A stretch of DNA of 60,798 bases, counting the filler, from Basidioascus undulatus (taxonomy: Eukaryota), in NCBI GenBank assembly GCA_000826855.1. It is 8 parts of 8 records of this genome, joined end to end, with 100 filler letters (N's around TTAATTAATTAA, not from the genome) between each part and the next. Parts side by side here need not be neighbours in the genome. Positions count along the whole stretch, not along the records: positions 11,814 to 16,416 come from JTLS01002116.1; positions 16,517 to 21,118 come from JTLS01002117.1; positions 21,219 to 25,808 come from JTLS01002118.1; positions 25,909 to 30,496 come from JTLS01002119.1; 4 more parts are not named here. The stretch is one strand, 5' to 3'. The notes below the pieces were generated by a model. The model had not been told where the DNA came from, made no database searches, and saw only the letters and a list, made by a program, of their open reading frames with translations. Below, piece by piece: positions 12,920 through 25,992 of the stretch. Both the position numbers and the translations under genes were made by a program. Position 1 is the stretch's first letter, and each line of letters opens with the position of its first letter.

Positions 12920-14059
12920 CAGCAGCGGACTGGGCGAGGCGCTCGCGGGAGCGGGATCGCCGGGGGAGGAGGGACGGAGGGGCTCACGTTTCGCCCGAGG
13001 ACACGAAGACGGCGGAGCGGCGCGAGCGGGACCGCGCTGGGGCTTGTAGGCGTGGAGGATGCACACCTTGTGGCTCCGCTGGGAGGAAGGAGAGTGCAGG
13101 CGCCGGCGCACGACTTTGTGCTGAGCTCGGATGGGGAGGGGCTGCTGAGCGACGGTGGAGCTACAGAGGATGAAGGGGTGCGCTATCCCTCTTTATCTGC
13201 TCTACCGTTCCACCTTGTCCACTTACTGGTCTTCTCCAGCCCCGCACACGTGTCTCCCGACCTTCCATCCTCCTCCTCGCCCTCTACTACCTCCTCCGCC
13301 TTACGTCCACCCTCCCTGCCCTGACCGGCACCGTCTACCTCATCCTCTGCTCCTTCACGACCTCTCCCCCGCGATCCCCAACAACACCCTCCCGACTCGA
13401 ATATTTCATCTCTTCCTTCTGGGTGCGTCCCTCTCCCCCGTTCCATTCCTTGGCACTGCCCCTTGCCCCTGCCCCTTCGCCTCTTCGCCGCTTCCCTTGA
13501 CACCTCCCGCGCCCCCTCACAGGCTCTCCTCACAGCCTACCACTCCCTCCTGACCATCTCTTCCCTCCTCCACCGATGGCTGCACACCTATCGGCCCCTC
13601 CCGACGCTCATCCGCCTCCTCTCCCTCCAAGCCATCTGCTTCGCCTGCATCCGCACCACCCTCTGGGTCTTCTCCGCGCCCGAGCGCCCGCTGGCCGCGT
13701 GGGGGATCATCGCGGGGAGCACCGCCGTGAGCGCGACGGTCGCGCGCTGGGTCATCAGCAACATCCGACCTGAGGAGTCGGGGGCAGGGCAGGGGCAGGG
13801 GGCGGTCGGCGTGCCGGGGAAGAGGAGGGTCGTGGGGAGGCATCTGGACTGGGGGAGGGCGGTGCGCAGGACGGTCTTGCCCATTGCTGGGCTGGCGGTG
13901 CTCAGCTTAGTGGGTGTGCTGGTAGACTTGTATGAGATGAGGTGCGTCTGCTGCCCCGATTCCCCCGTCCCAGCCTCGCTACAGTGCGACGAGAAGACTC
14001 ACATGGCGGTCGGACGTCTCAGAAAACGCTTCGAAGTCGCCCTCCGCGCCCCACCCTGA
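12920..14059 (+). CDS. EOS1: EOS1-like ER membrane protein (N-glycosylation/oxidative stress), 5'-truncated
   Basis: Spliced: ..SILLLALYYLLRLTSTLPALTGTVYLIL..RLEYFISSFW|ALLTAYHSLLTISSLLHRWLHTYRPLPTLIRLLSLQAIC..WVISNI..RHLDWGRAVRRTVLP, the EOS1 family pattern. Confidence 0.75.
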
Positions 14060-14431
14060 TCTTCTTTCCCCCTACCGCCCCTCGGCGCTCCCCTTCCGCC
14101 TCCGCATCCACGCGCCCGTCGCCACACGCCCACTTTGATACTTTTGCCCCCCGCTCGACCCGGGATGCCGCGCACGAAGCCCGCATGCCCCTCTCTCCTT
14201 CTCCTCTCCAGCCAGCCCAACCTGACTCCAATGCACCCATTTGCCTTCTCATTTCGCCCCTTGTCTTCCTCATCGGGGCCTCGTACCGTCCTCTGTCTGC
14301 TTCCAACGCTCCACGCTACATTCCCATTCTCGCATAGCGCACTTACACGCCTCGATCCGGCTTCCTCTTCTCTCCTTGCCTCATTTCTTATGTCCCTTTT
14401 CTCGATTTTCATATCTTTTCACCTTCCGCAC

Positions 14432-14500
14432 CACGCACGCACGCATATACACGCCCGCCCGCAAGCACGCACGTATACGCACGCACGCACCCACATACCA
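14432..14500. repeat. Imperfect (CACG)n microsatellite
   Basis: cacgcacgcacgcatatacacgcccgcccgcaagcacgcacgtatacgcacgcacgcac. Confidence 0.7.
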
Positions 14501-16416
14501 CACTTTCGTCATTCGTCATTCTTCATTCCTCCTTAGTTCAGCTACCCAATAGGCGCTTCGTGATTCCTTGCTTTCTTGCTTTCGTTTCTGAGGTCGGCCG
14601 GCGGGGCCACGAGAGGGTTGGAAGGCTTTGTAGGCGCGGCGGGCAGGGAAGGGCACGAGTGTGGAGCAGGGCGGGGACGTGTCGATGAATGGACGATTTG
14701 AGACCTGATGTGCGCCTGCTCGACGGTATGTGTCCGAAAGGGCGGGGACTGTTGCGAGGGCGTAGCATCGACTGGCGCTGGGGTGGGGGCTTGGCTCGCT
14801 TTTCAGGGCAGCTGCTCTTTTGAGCCCCTCCGAGGCAACATTCACGATGTCTGTCACCTCGACCATATCACAGACACCGCAACCACGTAGCAGGCCCTCG
14901 CCGGACTGAAAGACATCCTCCGCGCTTGGTCACAGAACGGCTCCTTGCGCAAGCTCACGCTTGACCTCTCATCTATGGCTCTGCATCACCGTTTCACGCT
15001 TGAAGACATCCAGATCCCCCACATCGCTCTTGCAGCTTGGCCCTGGGTCAGGTCTGCCCAGGACGCCCACCTGACGCTACTCAAAAACCGTACATTCGCT
15101 CCCTCTCTATTTCTCGCTTGTCCCGACGGCTCTCGCACTTTGATAACGCTAACCCGGATGCCTACATGTGGAAAGTGTTACCTCCGGGACTTGAAGGGGT
15201 TGAGGACTCTCCGGTTTCATCTGGGGAAGGGAGATTGGAGGTGGGGGAAAGCTTTCCGGTAGTGCATCAAGTTTGGTTGGGCCGTTGTGCCTCTTTTATG
15301 TTGGGCATATGAACATGATGGACTTTTCAGCACTGCACCGCAACGCGATCTGGGAAGGACACGTTCTAGCTGGGTCCAGCACCACCTTCGCCCTCTATCC
15401 TCACGTTCTTTGTCCACGCACACACAACTCCGCCTTTTCAAAGCTCTTCGTTTCCTATCCTACCCTACAGCAGGGGAAGCTTGAAGAAACGGGGTGCTAC
15501 GAAGCGCGAGCGGGGGAAGACGACGTCATTTCGTCCGTCGCTTATCGTTTGAGCTTTCCCAGATCGACGGTTTGAGTTTTGCCTCCCGCGCCCACGCCTT
15601 CTCGCTCGCAAGATCTGCAGAACATCTGGCGGACCATGATCGTCGCTCACATTTATACAGCCATAAAGCCCAGTCCCGTCCGACGCCCAAAGAAACCCGT
15701 GGAGAGCATAAAGAAGATAAGCTTGAGGGTGGAACGGAGACAAAGAAGGGGCGAGAGCCAGACGATGTGGAGCTTGAGCATGCTGCCGGAGCGGAGCGCG
15801 GCTTCGGACCAGGCAGGCCTGCGGCCGATTCTGATGTTGATGTGCGATGCTCCTGCCAAGTAGTCTTGATATCTCGGCTGATATCGACGCACATGCTAAG
15901 GAGTCAGCCAGTTCTCCACGCTGACTGTTTGCTCCTCCTCTCCTTGCCTCTTCCCACCACCAACTGTACACACATTTCTCAGCCCCAGCGCCACCCCCGC
16001 CGCCACCGCCATGCCGGGCACAGCATCATCATCTCCATCCACATCAACTTTGAGATACAGCAATGTGGCCACCGTGAGCGCGACCACCTCAACCACGTCG
16101 CACACCGGCGTTCCCACACACACTCCCCTCCGCCACGTCCCGACACACCTCACGCTCCAGTCGCCCATCACGATAGGCTCGCCGACCCCTCCGGGATTGG
16201 AGGAGTCGGGACGGGGCGCATCGTGGGTTTGACTTGGAAGCGCGGGAGGCGGCGGGGCAGGACGTTGAGCTTTGAGGAAAAGGTGCGTTTGTCGCTCGCG
16301 GATTCTCGATTGGGGCTCTGGCATGCTCACCTTTGTTCTATTTTCCTCACCGTCTGCTCCCCCGCCCGGATCTCTTCCTTCCTCTCCGCCGTCCGGCTCC
16401 CCTCCTTCGTCGCGCA

Positions 16417-16516
16417 NNNNNNNNNNNNNNNNNNNNNNNNNNNNNNNNNNNNNNNNNNNNTTAATTAATTAANNNNNNNNNNNNNNNNNNNNNNNNNNNN
16501 NNNNNNNNNNNNNNNN
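16417..16516. other. Artificial contig linker
   Basis: 44N + TTAATTAATTAA + 44N. Confidence 0.99.
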
Positions 16517-16651
16517 AGCACCGGCACCTCGTCCGCGCCCGCGCCCGCCGCCCCTCGCAGTGACGAAGCCGCCTCCGCCCCCGCCGCGAGCGCCCCGACC
16601 GCGCCCGCCGCGAATGGAAAGTCCGGTGGGCCCGTTGGAAGGGCCGTCCAT
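16517..16651 (-). CDS. N-terminus of an RGG-rich (probably RNA-binding) protein, truncated by contig end
   Basis: MDGPSNGPTGLSIRGGRGRGARGGGGGGFVTARGGGRGRGRGAGA follows a pyrimidine-rich leader. Confidence 0.55.
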
Positions 16652-19600
16652 AGGAGGGGTCGGGAGGAGCTGGGTTCGCGTGCTGAAGGGAGGCGGGGAG
16701 AAGAGAGCGGCTGGGGGGCGGGGGAAGCTGAGTATGGCGGTTGACGAGCACGATATGTCTGATAGAAAAGGGCACCTCAATCTCAACAGGCAAAGACCCT
16801 CAACCAGCACCAAATATCGAGATTCCACCGCACAGCCGCGATCTGTTTGCTTGTTCCGCAGCGTCAGCTTCAGCCTCTCGTTCCTGGAATAAAAATCTAC
16901 GGACGTACTGTTGTTCCTAGAGAAATACTCTGCGATCTGCGTTTCTGATGTTTGTGTTGTGGATGAACAAATCCAAATTGCGGTGATGATGGGGTATCGG
17001 AAGCGCGAACACCGCGTTCAGCGGGCGTCTGGCGCGACCTCGGCTTCATTCCGAGGAAAATCCGCGGCAGCAGCGATCGCAATCAACTTTGCGAAGCAAA
17101 GACGGGCTGGCTTGTGAGGGCAAAAGACGCCCGGGGGATAGAATGTCTTTAAGGCTGGCGCCACTCATGGATTTGTTGCACGGGCTGGGGCCCAGCGGCG
17201 ACTGATGCCATCACCAGTAAACGCCTTTGACAGGGGTACGCTGCATCGGTGGACATCAACGATTGGGACGTGTGATAGCAAGGAAAGAGTTATGATAATA
17301 TGAAAATCTAAGAGGAGGAGGCATCAAACCGGTCGGCGATGCTTTCCCCCGCAAATGCGAGTTCCACTCACCGACATTCGGTGTGGACCACCAGTCGCTT
17401 GAGTCACCTTGAGTGGCTCGACTCACGTTGATACGTCTCATATTGGTACATTAAAGAATACCAGTCTTTTGAGTTCCAACTCAAAGGCGGTATAGTCAAG
17501 CTGCAGTTGCGTCTGGGTCGCGCTTACCTTCGACCTTATGTGTCGGGCAGATTACCCGGCGGCTTGTCGAGGTGTTGACAGCTTCGTAGATGCAGATTGA
17601 CCCAATGAAACACCATCAGTGGTATTTTATTCTTCTAAACTTCACCGACCACGTTTCTGAAAGCATGGCCTGCGTAGTTTCAACAAGGACCACTTACCTT
17701 CCCGAGGTTCGGTCGACGTTCACGTCTTGCCAGTGCCAAGTCGCAACGACCTGTCGTAGGTCCTTATCAGAGGCTCTTGCTGAGGGGTGATAATGCATCC
17801 TCATTCCATAACCTCTCGGAGCCTTTATTTCCTTCCTAACTTCTGGGCAAAGCTGTATCGAAGCAACTTGCTTCAAGACTGCGTCTCCATGCACTCCGTT
17901 CGTGTGCTGGCATCCATTGTCGACAGCGTAACAAGAGACGGTAACTCAAAAGAGTAACAGACTGAGATACACAGCGTATGTTCAGTAATACCTCAGCGTC
18001 CGTGTCTGCAGCAAACAGCAAGCTGGCTGTGAAGCTCGTCATTGTTGCGGCAGCAGCGAACTCGCGCTGCGAAAAGGCAATTTTCTTATGTACCGAATCA
18101 TCTTTCAATGTATGGAGAATATTGAAGCTCAGGCTCAACAGTTGAGGTCAAGCACAGTGCCGTTGCATGCGACGGTGTAAGACAGTGTATGAGTCAAGCG
18201 CCGACCAAGAAGAGCGGCATCACAGAATCACAGAATCACCAAGGAAAAGGGGCATGTGGGGAACGAGAAGAGAAGAGAAGGAAACGAGACAAAGACGTAT
18301 TTCCAGATATAACGAAAGAAACTTTGACGGACGTCTCGCGTCCTTGCGCCGAGCGAAAACCTCACCCAGCCTGCCCCGTCTGGCCTCCGACCGCGTCGAG
18401 CTCAGTGGCGTCCCCTCCCTCCTCCTCATCGCAGGTCCGCCTGCCGATCAGGGAGGAGAACGAGGTTGGGGCCGGTGCCGGGCGAAACGGCCCCCGAACC
18501 ACTGGGAGAAGCGAGAAGACGAGCCGTCCTGCGGCGCGGGTTGAGTGCTGTGCACGGTGGACGAGGACGGGCCCGGAGGGGAGGGTGTGATAAAGAGAGG
18601 CGGAGCCGAAGGCCCACTGGGTCCAGAGCTGGGCGATGGAGGGGAGGGGTGACGCGACGGGTTGTAGTCTGGGTGACGAGCTTCTCGCAAAAGGACGTCA
18701 GCTTTCGACCGTCTGAGCAGGAGGGGATCAACAATGGCTCACAAAAAATGGAGGCGCGAGCCGCAGCCAACGCATCGCGTGCGTCTCCAGCAGCTCCAGG
18801 ATCCCTGCTTTCCCGCAGCAGCGCGTCGAGATGCTCTAAATCCTTCAGATCTCCTGCGTCTCCAAGAACAGCGGCGCAGAGTGCGTACAGCCGCGCCGAG
18901 TCCTCATCCACGCCGCGCCTATAGCGGTACGATGGGATGCGAGCAAGTGAGCGTTGGGAGTGATCCAAGCATCTGCTCATTGAGCAAGATGTGCATATAT
19001 GTTGCGGTAAAATATGCGGTATGGAGGACTCACCAAACTGTATCCGCTGCTGACATCGCAAGCTGCGGCTGTGAGGTTGTGCAAGGCGACGAGGCTGTTC
19101 GGCCCGTAGACCCTGTGGAGACACCCTAGAAGCTGGAGCAGCGCTCCTCACCCGCAAAGCCACGAACAGTCCTCCACGACAATCCAAGCCAGAGAGAACC
19201 AAGCAGCGAAGTTATCTTGCCGTCGCTGGTTTGGTTATCCTGAAGGGCCTTAAGGAAGCCAGCAGCACCGCCCTCGAACAGTGAATCGACGGCAATCAGG
19301 CCCATCTCGAGTATCTGCTGCCCGAAGCGGAACGGGGACGCCTCAAGAGGCTCGCCATTGTGCCCAACAGGTTCGGAAGCAATGCGAGACAGCTGAGAGT
19401 GTGTTCGAGTAAGTGCCCAGGTACCGGCTCTTTTGGTTCACAGTGTGATTTGAAGGAGAGAAAAGCCGCCCACTGCAAGAAGCGCCTCTTTCTGGCGGCA
19501 CCCATCCTGACTTTGCTGGTGGCCGCGTCGTGCCACGGCATTGCGTTCCCCTCTTCGCCCTTGTGCGGCCCCTTCGAGAGTGCAATCCGAACCTCAGTGC

Positions 19601-21118
19601 GCTTTCTGGTTTTCACGCTTCTTGCCTACTTCTCGGAACGTCATGATGACCAAGCTCGCGGTCGAGAAGCCGACCGCCTCGGCTGCGCCTTCGTGAAGTT
19701 TCCTCGTCTCGGCTCTGCCGCGGAGCTCGACGAAGCGTCCGGTTCTTTACCGGAGATCCTCGCCAATATTGACGGCAAGTGTTTGTATGACTGGATGGAC
19801 ATACTGCAGATCACTAGCCTGCATGTCGACTTGGACCGTGATTGAGAAACATCCTGCAGCTCTCCCAGATGTCAATCTGCCTTCTCTCGGAGGGTGGAGC
19901 GACTGCGTGTTACAACCTCTGCGTAGCGTTGGAGTCAGAGTCAGCTCACTTCCCATCTATAATGTTCGACGCTTTTTACCCAAACATCGTCGAAGCGCTT
20001 AGGGCCCGCTTCGAGTTTGAGTATGCTTGCTCCCACTCTGGGCTTTATATACTCAAAATGAACGCGTAGATGAGGTGATTGGGATCGTCAAGTGATGAGA
20101 TGATATCGCGCAGCCAATAGAAGAACCCGTACCCCAAACACGGCGATGGCGGCTTGGAGAACAAAAGACATCAGACCGAGCACTCGGGGGACGATGCGCT
20201 TTGCCGACTCGAGCCGAGCGTCCTGTTCGACAGCCTTGTCGGAGTTGTTCTTCCCTGAGGAGCCACCAGCAAGGCGAGCGAGCCACTGTCGACATTTCAC
20301 AGCGAGAAAGCCTGCGCAGAGGGCGAGTACCAGCGAGAGGGAAGAAGCAGAAGTTGACGCGAGCGGCATCGAACGAGGGACGGAAGTCCCTGGTGTTGAG
20401 CTCCACGGGCAGGGTTCGGCCATCTGCCAGGTGGGACTTCTGGGTAAGACAGACCTGGCCCGTTCACCCCCTTCTTCCTGCTACAGGTAGCTCTTAAAGC
20501 AGAACGCAACCAAGTAATTCAAAGACAAGTTGGGCAGTCGCCCGGGGAGGTGGGGGGTTGGTGAGGTCTTGTTGCACGTTACCAGCGTGCTCTTTTGCGC
20601 AGGACTGGAGCTGGATACTGATGAAAGGCGTAGCTGAACTTTCGGAGGATTTATGTCTGTCAAGATTATCATCATTGCGATCTAGAGGGCAGCGTAGCAT
20701 GGAGAAGGCGTGCCGGATCGCACCATGATCAACGCGTTCTTCGTTCATTGAGATGAGGAATAATCGCTCGCTAACTTTTTGAATCTCTATGTAACACGCA
20801 AGACGCACAGTGCTGTGCTCGCGTGGGATGCTTGCTCGACAGAGACGTGACAGGATGTTCAGCCGAACGCGTTTCGCGCACGACAGGTCCCAATCACAGG
20901 CACTGTCCCAGCACCGCCCGCAAACCCCGCAAGTACAGCACATCGCCACATGGCGTCGTGACAAGCCATAAAAGATACTCGTACAACCGCTCGAAAAGTC
21001 CCAAATCCTACACCTCCCTTTTTCCATTTCCCCCCTCCCGCCCTACTCGTAATCCTCATCCTCATCCTCATCCATCGCCCCCTTCGCACTCAGCATGTCC
21101 ACGCTCCCCGACCACGCA

Positions 21119-21218
21119 NNNNNNNNNNNNNNNNNNNNNNNNNNNNNNNNNNNNNNNNNNNNTTAATTAATTAANNNNNNNNNNNNNNNNNNNNNNNNNN
21201 NNNNNNNNNNNNNNNNNN
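21119..21218. other. Artificial contig linker
   Basis: 44N + TTAATTAATTAA + 44N. Confidence 0.99.
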
Positions 21219-21334
21219 CTCGGGGAGGCAGACGCGGGCGCCCAGGAAGAGGGGAGAAAGAGGATCGCGAGGATCGCGAGGAAGGAGAGGGTGATGAGCA
21301 GGAGGATTCGAGGGGGTGGCTTGAGGGAAGGCAT
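21219..21334 (-). CDS. N-terminus of a signal-anchored/secretory protein, truncated by contig end
   Basis: MPSLKPPPRILLLITLSFLAILAILFLPSSWAPASASP: basic N-region followed by a hydrophobic helix. Confidence 0.5.
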
Positions 21335-21565
21335 GGGTAGAGAATGTGGGTGATGAGGGAACAGAAGGGACGGGGAGCAAGCTGAGTGACGCGTTGAGAC
21401 GCGTTCAAGGGGCGGGAAGGCGGTGTAGCGGCAAATAATGCAGTGGGGCACACTGCGTGCGGTTCACGCTCCTTCTTCTTCAGCCCTCTCAATAATCGCC
21501 TGCATCGCGATGCATATCAGTGAAACACCAGTCCCTAATGTTTTTCATGCACCGAGAATGCAAGC

Positions 21566-22658
21566 CTAGGAAGTCCCAGCCTCCTCCTCCGCTGGCGAGC
21601 TCGGCCTCAGCAAGTCATACCCGCCTTCCTCCCTCTCTCTCCTGTCCAACCAATCCTCCACCCCCTTCTTCAACCTCCAGCGAGCCGCCTCCCCATCCTG
21701 CCCATCGTCAACAACCCCCTCAAAAGGCTCGTAGCACCTCTCGCGCCAGCCCTGCCTCCCCGCCTTCAGTTTCGCGTTGAACAGCCAGAATCCCTTAGCT
21801 CCGAGGCGCTCCGGGCGCACAGGACTGCGGTCCCTGTACCCGCCCTCTCCAAGAGACTGGTCATCGCGCCCACATCGTCCCCCTTCCTGACATCCTCAGC
21901 CCACTTCGCGTCCCCGTGCGGCTCGTCCCCGCGCAACCAGGCAAGCCCGAAATCGATCAGCACGGCACGATCGCGCGCAACGAGGATGTTTGCAGAACGG
22001 ATGTCGCGGCGGTTGACTCCGCGCTGCCGAACGCGTGCGCAGTCGAGACGAGGAAGCGCGTTTGCGCGCGCGAGATTCGAGGGAGCGATTCGAGCGTCGG
22101 CCCCTCAACGTACTCGAGGATGGCGTGCGTGTCCCGCGGGTGCACGCGCGCAATGCTGAAGCATCGGAGGAGACTGGCCCCCTGAAAGTCTGCCAGACGA
22201 GCGTACGCCTCGCGCTCGGCCTCGAACTCCGAATGGGCATGCCGCCGGAACCGCTCCTCCCAATGGGCAGGCCCAAAGGCGTCCGAGTGGTCCGAGTCGA
22301 CATCCGAGCAGTCGTCGACATGCTCGTCGGCCGCGATGGACCGTGCACGGGCGTCTGCGACCTCTTGGACGGCGGAGCTCCAGGGGTGGTCTGAACGCTC
22401 TGTGAAGCGATGAGCGAAGACTTTGAGGATGGCGGTGGATGGGAGGCCGGCCGAAGCAGCGATGGGAGGTGGAAGGCGGACGCGAAGGACCTGGCTTTGC
22501 GTGAAAGGTTTATAGGCGTTTTCGATGGCTAGACTGATATCGAGCGGAGTAGAGATGGGTGAGTGGGTCGACATGAAGTGGATGTAAAGCTCCGAACCCG
22601 GCACGAATGAGCAACGGGGAGGGATATCCGTTGTGTGTGAATCGATCGAGGTAGACAT
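21566..22658 (-). pseudogene. Atypical fungal protein-kinase-like gene, frameshifted
   Basis: PFTQSQVLRV..AILKVFAHRF..EFEAEREAYARLADFQG..ILEYVEGPTL. After a frameshift at ~22024 it reads GVNRRDIRSANILV..VLIDFGLAW. A second frameshift at ~21825 leads into the C-terminal frame ending at 21566. Confidence 0.8.
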
Positions 22659-25600
22659 GGTGGTCAGCGCGCAAGTTCAAGTGAGAACGAAAGAACGCTG
22701 GAAATGAAGGGGAATTTTATGCTAGGGGGTGATGGAGAAGACGACAGAGCCGGTGACTTGCTGAGAGCGGTAGAGATGCCCTTGGGCATGGCGAAACGTG
22801 CCGAAGACAGCGGCCCGCTTCAGAATACAATGAGGCATGCAGCGCTTTGGTATTGACTAATTAGTTCTGAGATTGGTTTGACCTATTCCGATTTTAATCA
22901 AGCATATAAAATTAAACGCACATATGCATTCGTGGTGGGCGAGGGTAGGGAAAGGGCATCCGAAGGATTTGTTATGGAGTGGGAACATACTTTTTGCTTC
23001 GCTCGGCATTGCAGGAATGTGTCAAATTTTTCAAATGTTCTCGCACCACGTTTTCTTCAATGGTAATACTGAGGCATGTCAGTATCCTACCCGCAAAGTG
23101 CCAGCAAACAACAAAGCCGGAGACGCACTCATGGGTGCGCCGCCGGGTCGGCGCGTATCTCTCCGACGTCCATCTCAGCTGAAACTCAAGCTCTTTAAAC
23201 GGGTGAAGTCAAAGAGTGGACGCGCATTCGCAGAACCAGATGAAACCGCCGCAGACCGGCAGTCTTGATACCTAGATATGGACAAGTAGTTTATGTTCGC
23301 AGCGCCATCGCTGTAGACTGCAGGGAGAATGAAGGCTTTATGCATCCCACACGGACCTCCCTTGAGACTTAAGTAGTAACAACACCTGAGACTCGCTTTC
23401 AATCAGTGAGCCGAAGCGGAGTTATCCAGAGCACGGCAAGTGTAGCCCGCACGGCCATACAGCTCTCGGATGTGCCCAAACCATAGACCAGAGGCTCGAG
23501 CGTTAAGCCTGATGTGAGCTCCCTATATCCAATGGATTCAGGAGTATACCAGCAGCAATGGAATAATTCGCGAAGGATATGTTCCTCTTCTTACCGGCAG
23601 TCTGGCCTTCCCGAAGCCGCGCAGCGCCAGAGATGTTGGGGCATTCAGCGGAAGAGTAAGAGAACATACTACATTCAAAATGTTATAAAAGTGAAATTAT
23701 CCCTCAATTTTTCACGGTGCGAGGAGGACAGTAGAAGTTCTCGATCGGGAGGCTGAAATGAACATGCTGCTCGCTCGTGATAGAATCTGTACAATCCAGC
23801 ACGGATGTGTGGCTTCCTTTACAGAAGATGTAATTTTCCAGTGAAAGTATGCTGGATTGAACTGAATGCAACCAAGGAGTAGGTGCGCGAAGTGCATTGC
23901 AAGAGAGCTTGGGGAGCACAGTCTCCATGACCTATATCGTTTACTGTCACCTGCCCTCACTTTCAAGTAATTTTTTGCACAAAGTCCAGATGTGAAGTAG
24001 TTTCCCCCGAAGCTTTTGAGCGCATTCACTAGAAAGTGCCACCTAGCAAAAGCAGAGTGTCCCACAGGTTGCGCCGGGTCGGCATGCTCTTCTGCGTGGC
24101 GTACACCTCAACTCCGGGCGAGCTCCTCAACGGGGAAGTCAAAGAATGCACGGAGTAAGTGTACGAATTCCTAGAACGCGAGTAGCATGGCTCTTGGCCT
24201 TGCAATACTGACACCTGAACCTGGCCATGCGATTTTTGATTTTCGGCGCCACCGCGCCGAAAATGAAAGCCGGCGCGTCTCATGTTCGGCCAGCGCGTAA
24301 AGCATTTTCATACACCGAAGTTTTCATGAAATTAGCAGCTTCCTCGGCACTTTCTGTGCGATGAGCCGATGAGCAGGCTGATGCAGAGCGCAGCCGGTCG
24401 GGTCTCGTCACCACAGGCAGAAACGTTCATGTTACTCTTCTAGCTCGAATACGCAAGAAGAGGAAGCATGCAGACTCGTCAGTGGGGAGGGACCATAGGT
24501 AAAGCGAAAGCGTTCTTCTAAGGCCTGTCTGCTCATGCGCATGCGCAGGTACCGAGCACCGAGGAGCGCGAGACTCCCGTGATTCGAACCTGGTACATGT
24601 ATTACGGTAGTTTTCTAAAGAGGCAGAGGAGCTCCTGGAGGACTCGTACAGCTGGTACATGCCGTGGCTCTCACTGTCGTGCAGTTCGCCGAGAACACAG
24701 ACCATACACCGAAGATATTCAGCCGTGGTGCATCGTGTTTTCTTTGGTTATATAATAAAGCAGGGGATTTTTCCAACAGTGGATATGACTGGTGAGATGG
24801 AGGGAATGACCGCAGCGATGGACGAGTCCGCGCCTGGGCCGGGGCGGGCGCAGAGTTTTGGACCGAGGGAAGAGAGCCCTTCAAACGAGAAACACCGACG
24901 AGAAGCAGTCCTGGACCTCTCCAGAAGGAGTGCGAGAAGGAGGAGCGCCGCGAGGGCAGCGAGGTTGGGAGGGAATTGCTGGGCAACAGTACTAGCGTTC
25001 AGCTTACGTTCAAAGCGCTATTGGCTTCAAGCCGTCTTCCGCAGCGTCTCATAAACGGCAAAGGGCGCGAGGATCCGTGAAGCAGACGCGTCGCGTATAA
25101 ACGAAAATGAGCAACCGTGTCCTCGCGGGACCGGGCCGGTTCTGGCGCACGATCCGCTCCTGCTGTAACCGGGGGCCGTGAGCCTCGCGGTCGATAGGTA
25201 TCGCGCATGCGCGCACTCGCACTCGCACCTGCTTATCCTGATCCCGTTACTCATCTGTCCTCTTGCCCACGCACATCGCTTCCCATCGAGCTTACAAACT
25301 CACCCACGAACGGGACATTCGGGACGCGGTTGTTCAGTAGAGCGCAGGAGGAACACCGCGAGGGGTTGGCATCTGGGCGTGTCCTTTCACCACCGTAATC
25401 CATCTAAATGTGAATAGATTGCGCCACGAGATCTATCCTTCCCCCCTGCCCTCACCCCTCACCTCGTTCCGGCACCCGCTGCGCCTTGGCCGTTCCTCGG
25501 GCCAGCTCAATCCGGGTTCTGACACCCTCCTCTCCCTCCCTACCGCGCACGCAGCCAAGGCTTGTCTCTCCTTCCCATTCTCCACCACCCCGTTCCCGGC

Positions 25601-25808
25601 TGTCCAGGAATCGAGATGGCCTCCCCCCCTTCCCACCTCCCCACCTCCTCCGCGCCCGCAGCCGCCTCCTCTGCCGCGGACTTTTGCCGCGCGCACTTTG
25701 GCGAGGCGGGGGAGGCGAGGGATCTGGAAGGTGAGATGGAGGGTGACTCTAAGGCCTTAGTCAGTGCAGCTATGGGTCTGAATAAAATGATTCTACAAGA
25801 TAATGTAC

Positions 25809-25908
25809 NNNNNNNNNNNNNNNNNNNNNNNNNNNNNNNNNNNNNNNNNNNNTTAATTAATTAANNNNNNNNNNNNNNNNNNNNNNNNNNNNNNNNNNNN
25901 NNNNNNNN
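25809..25908. other. Artificial contig linker
   Basis: 44N + TTAATTAATTAA + 44N. Confidence 0.99.
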
Positions 25909-25911
25909 TTA

Positions 25912-25992
25912 GCCTGATCAAGGTCCCGTTCGAGTATCATTATAGCATTAGCAAAAATTTATGCAAGAGCGTTGACTGTGTCTCTCACAAAG
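25912..25992 (+). repeat. Left terminal inverted repeat (81 bp)
   Basis: GCCTGATCAAGGTCCCGTTCGAGTATCATTATAGCATTAGCAAAAATTTATGCAAGAGCGTTGACTGTGTCTCTCACAAAG = reverse complement of 30416-30496. Confidence 0.97.

Noticed and set aside
17694..17930. HGDAVLKQVAS resembling the RNase III signature (ERLEFLGDAVLK)
   Set aside because: The ERLE part is missing and there is no supporting flanking homology. It may be a relic but cannot be supported.
22700..25050. Lower-GC tract with short ORFs (also 7200-8500, 14700-15900, 17200-20900, 30800-31700, 45900-46700)
   Set aside because: Probably heavily eroded genes or intergenic DNA. No family could be recognised by eye.
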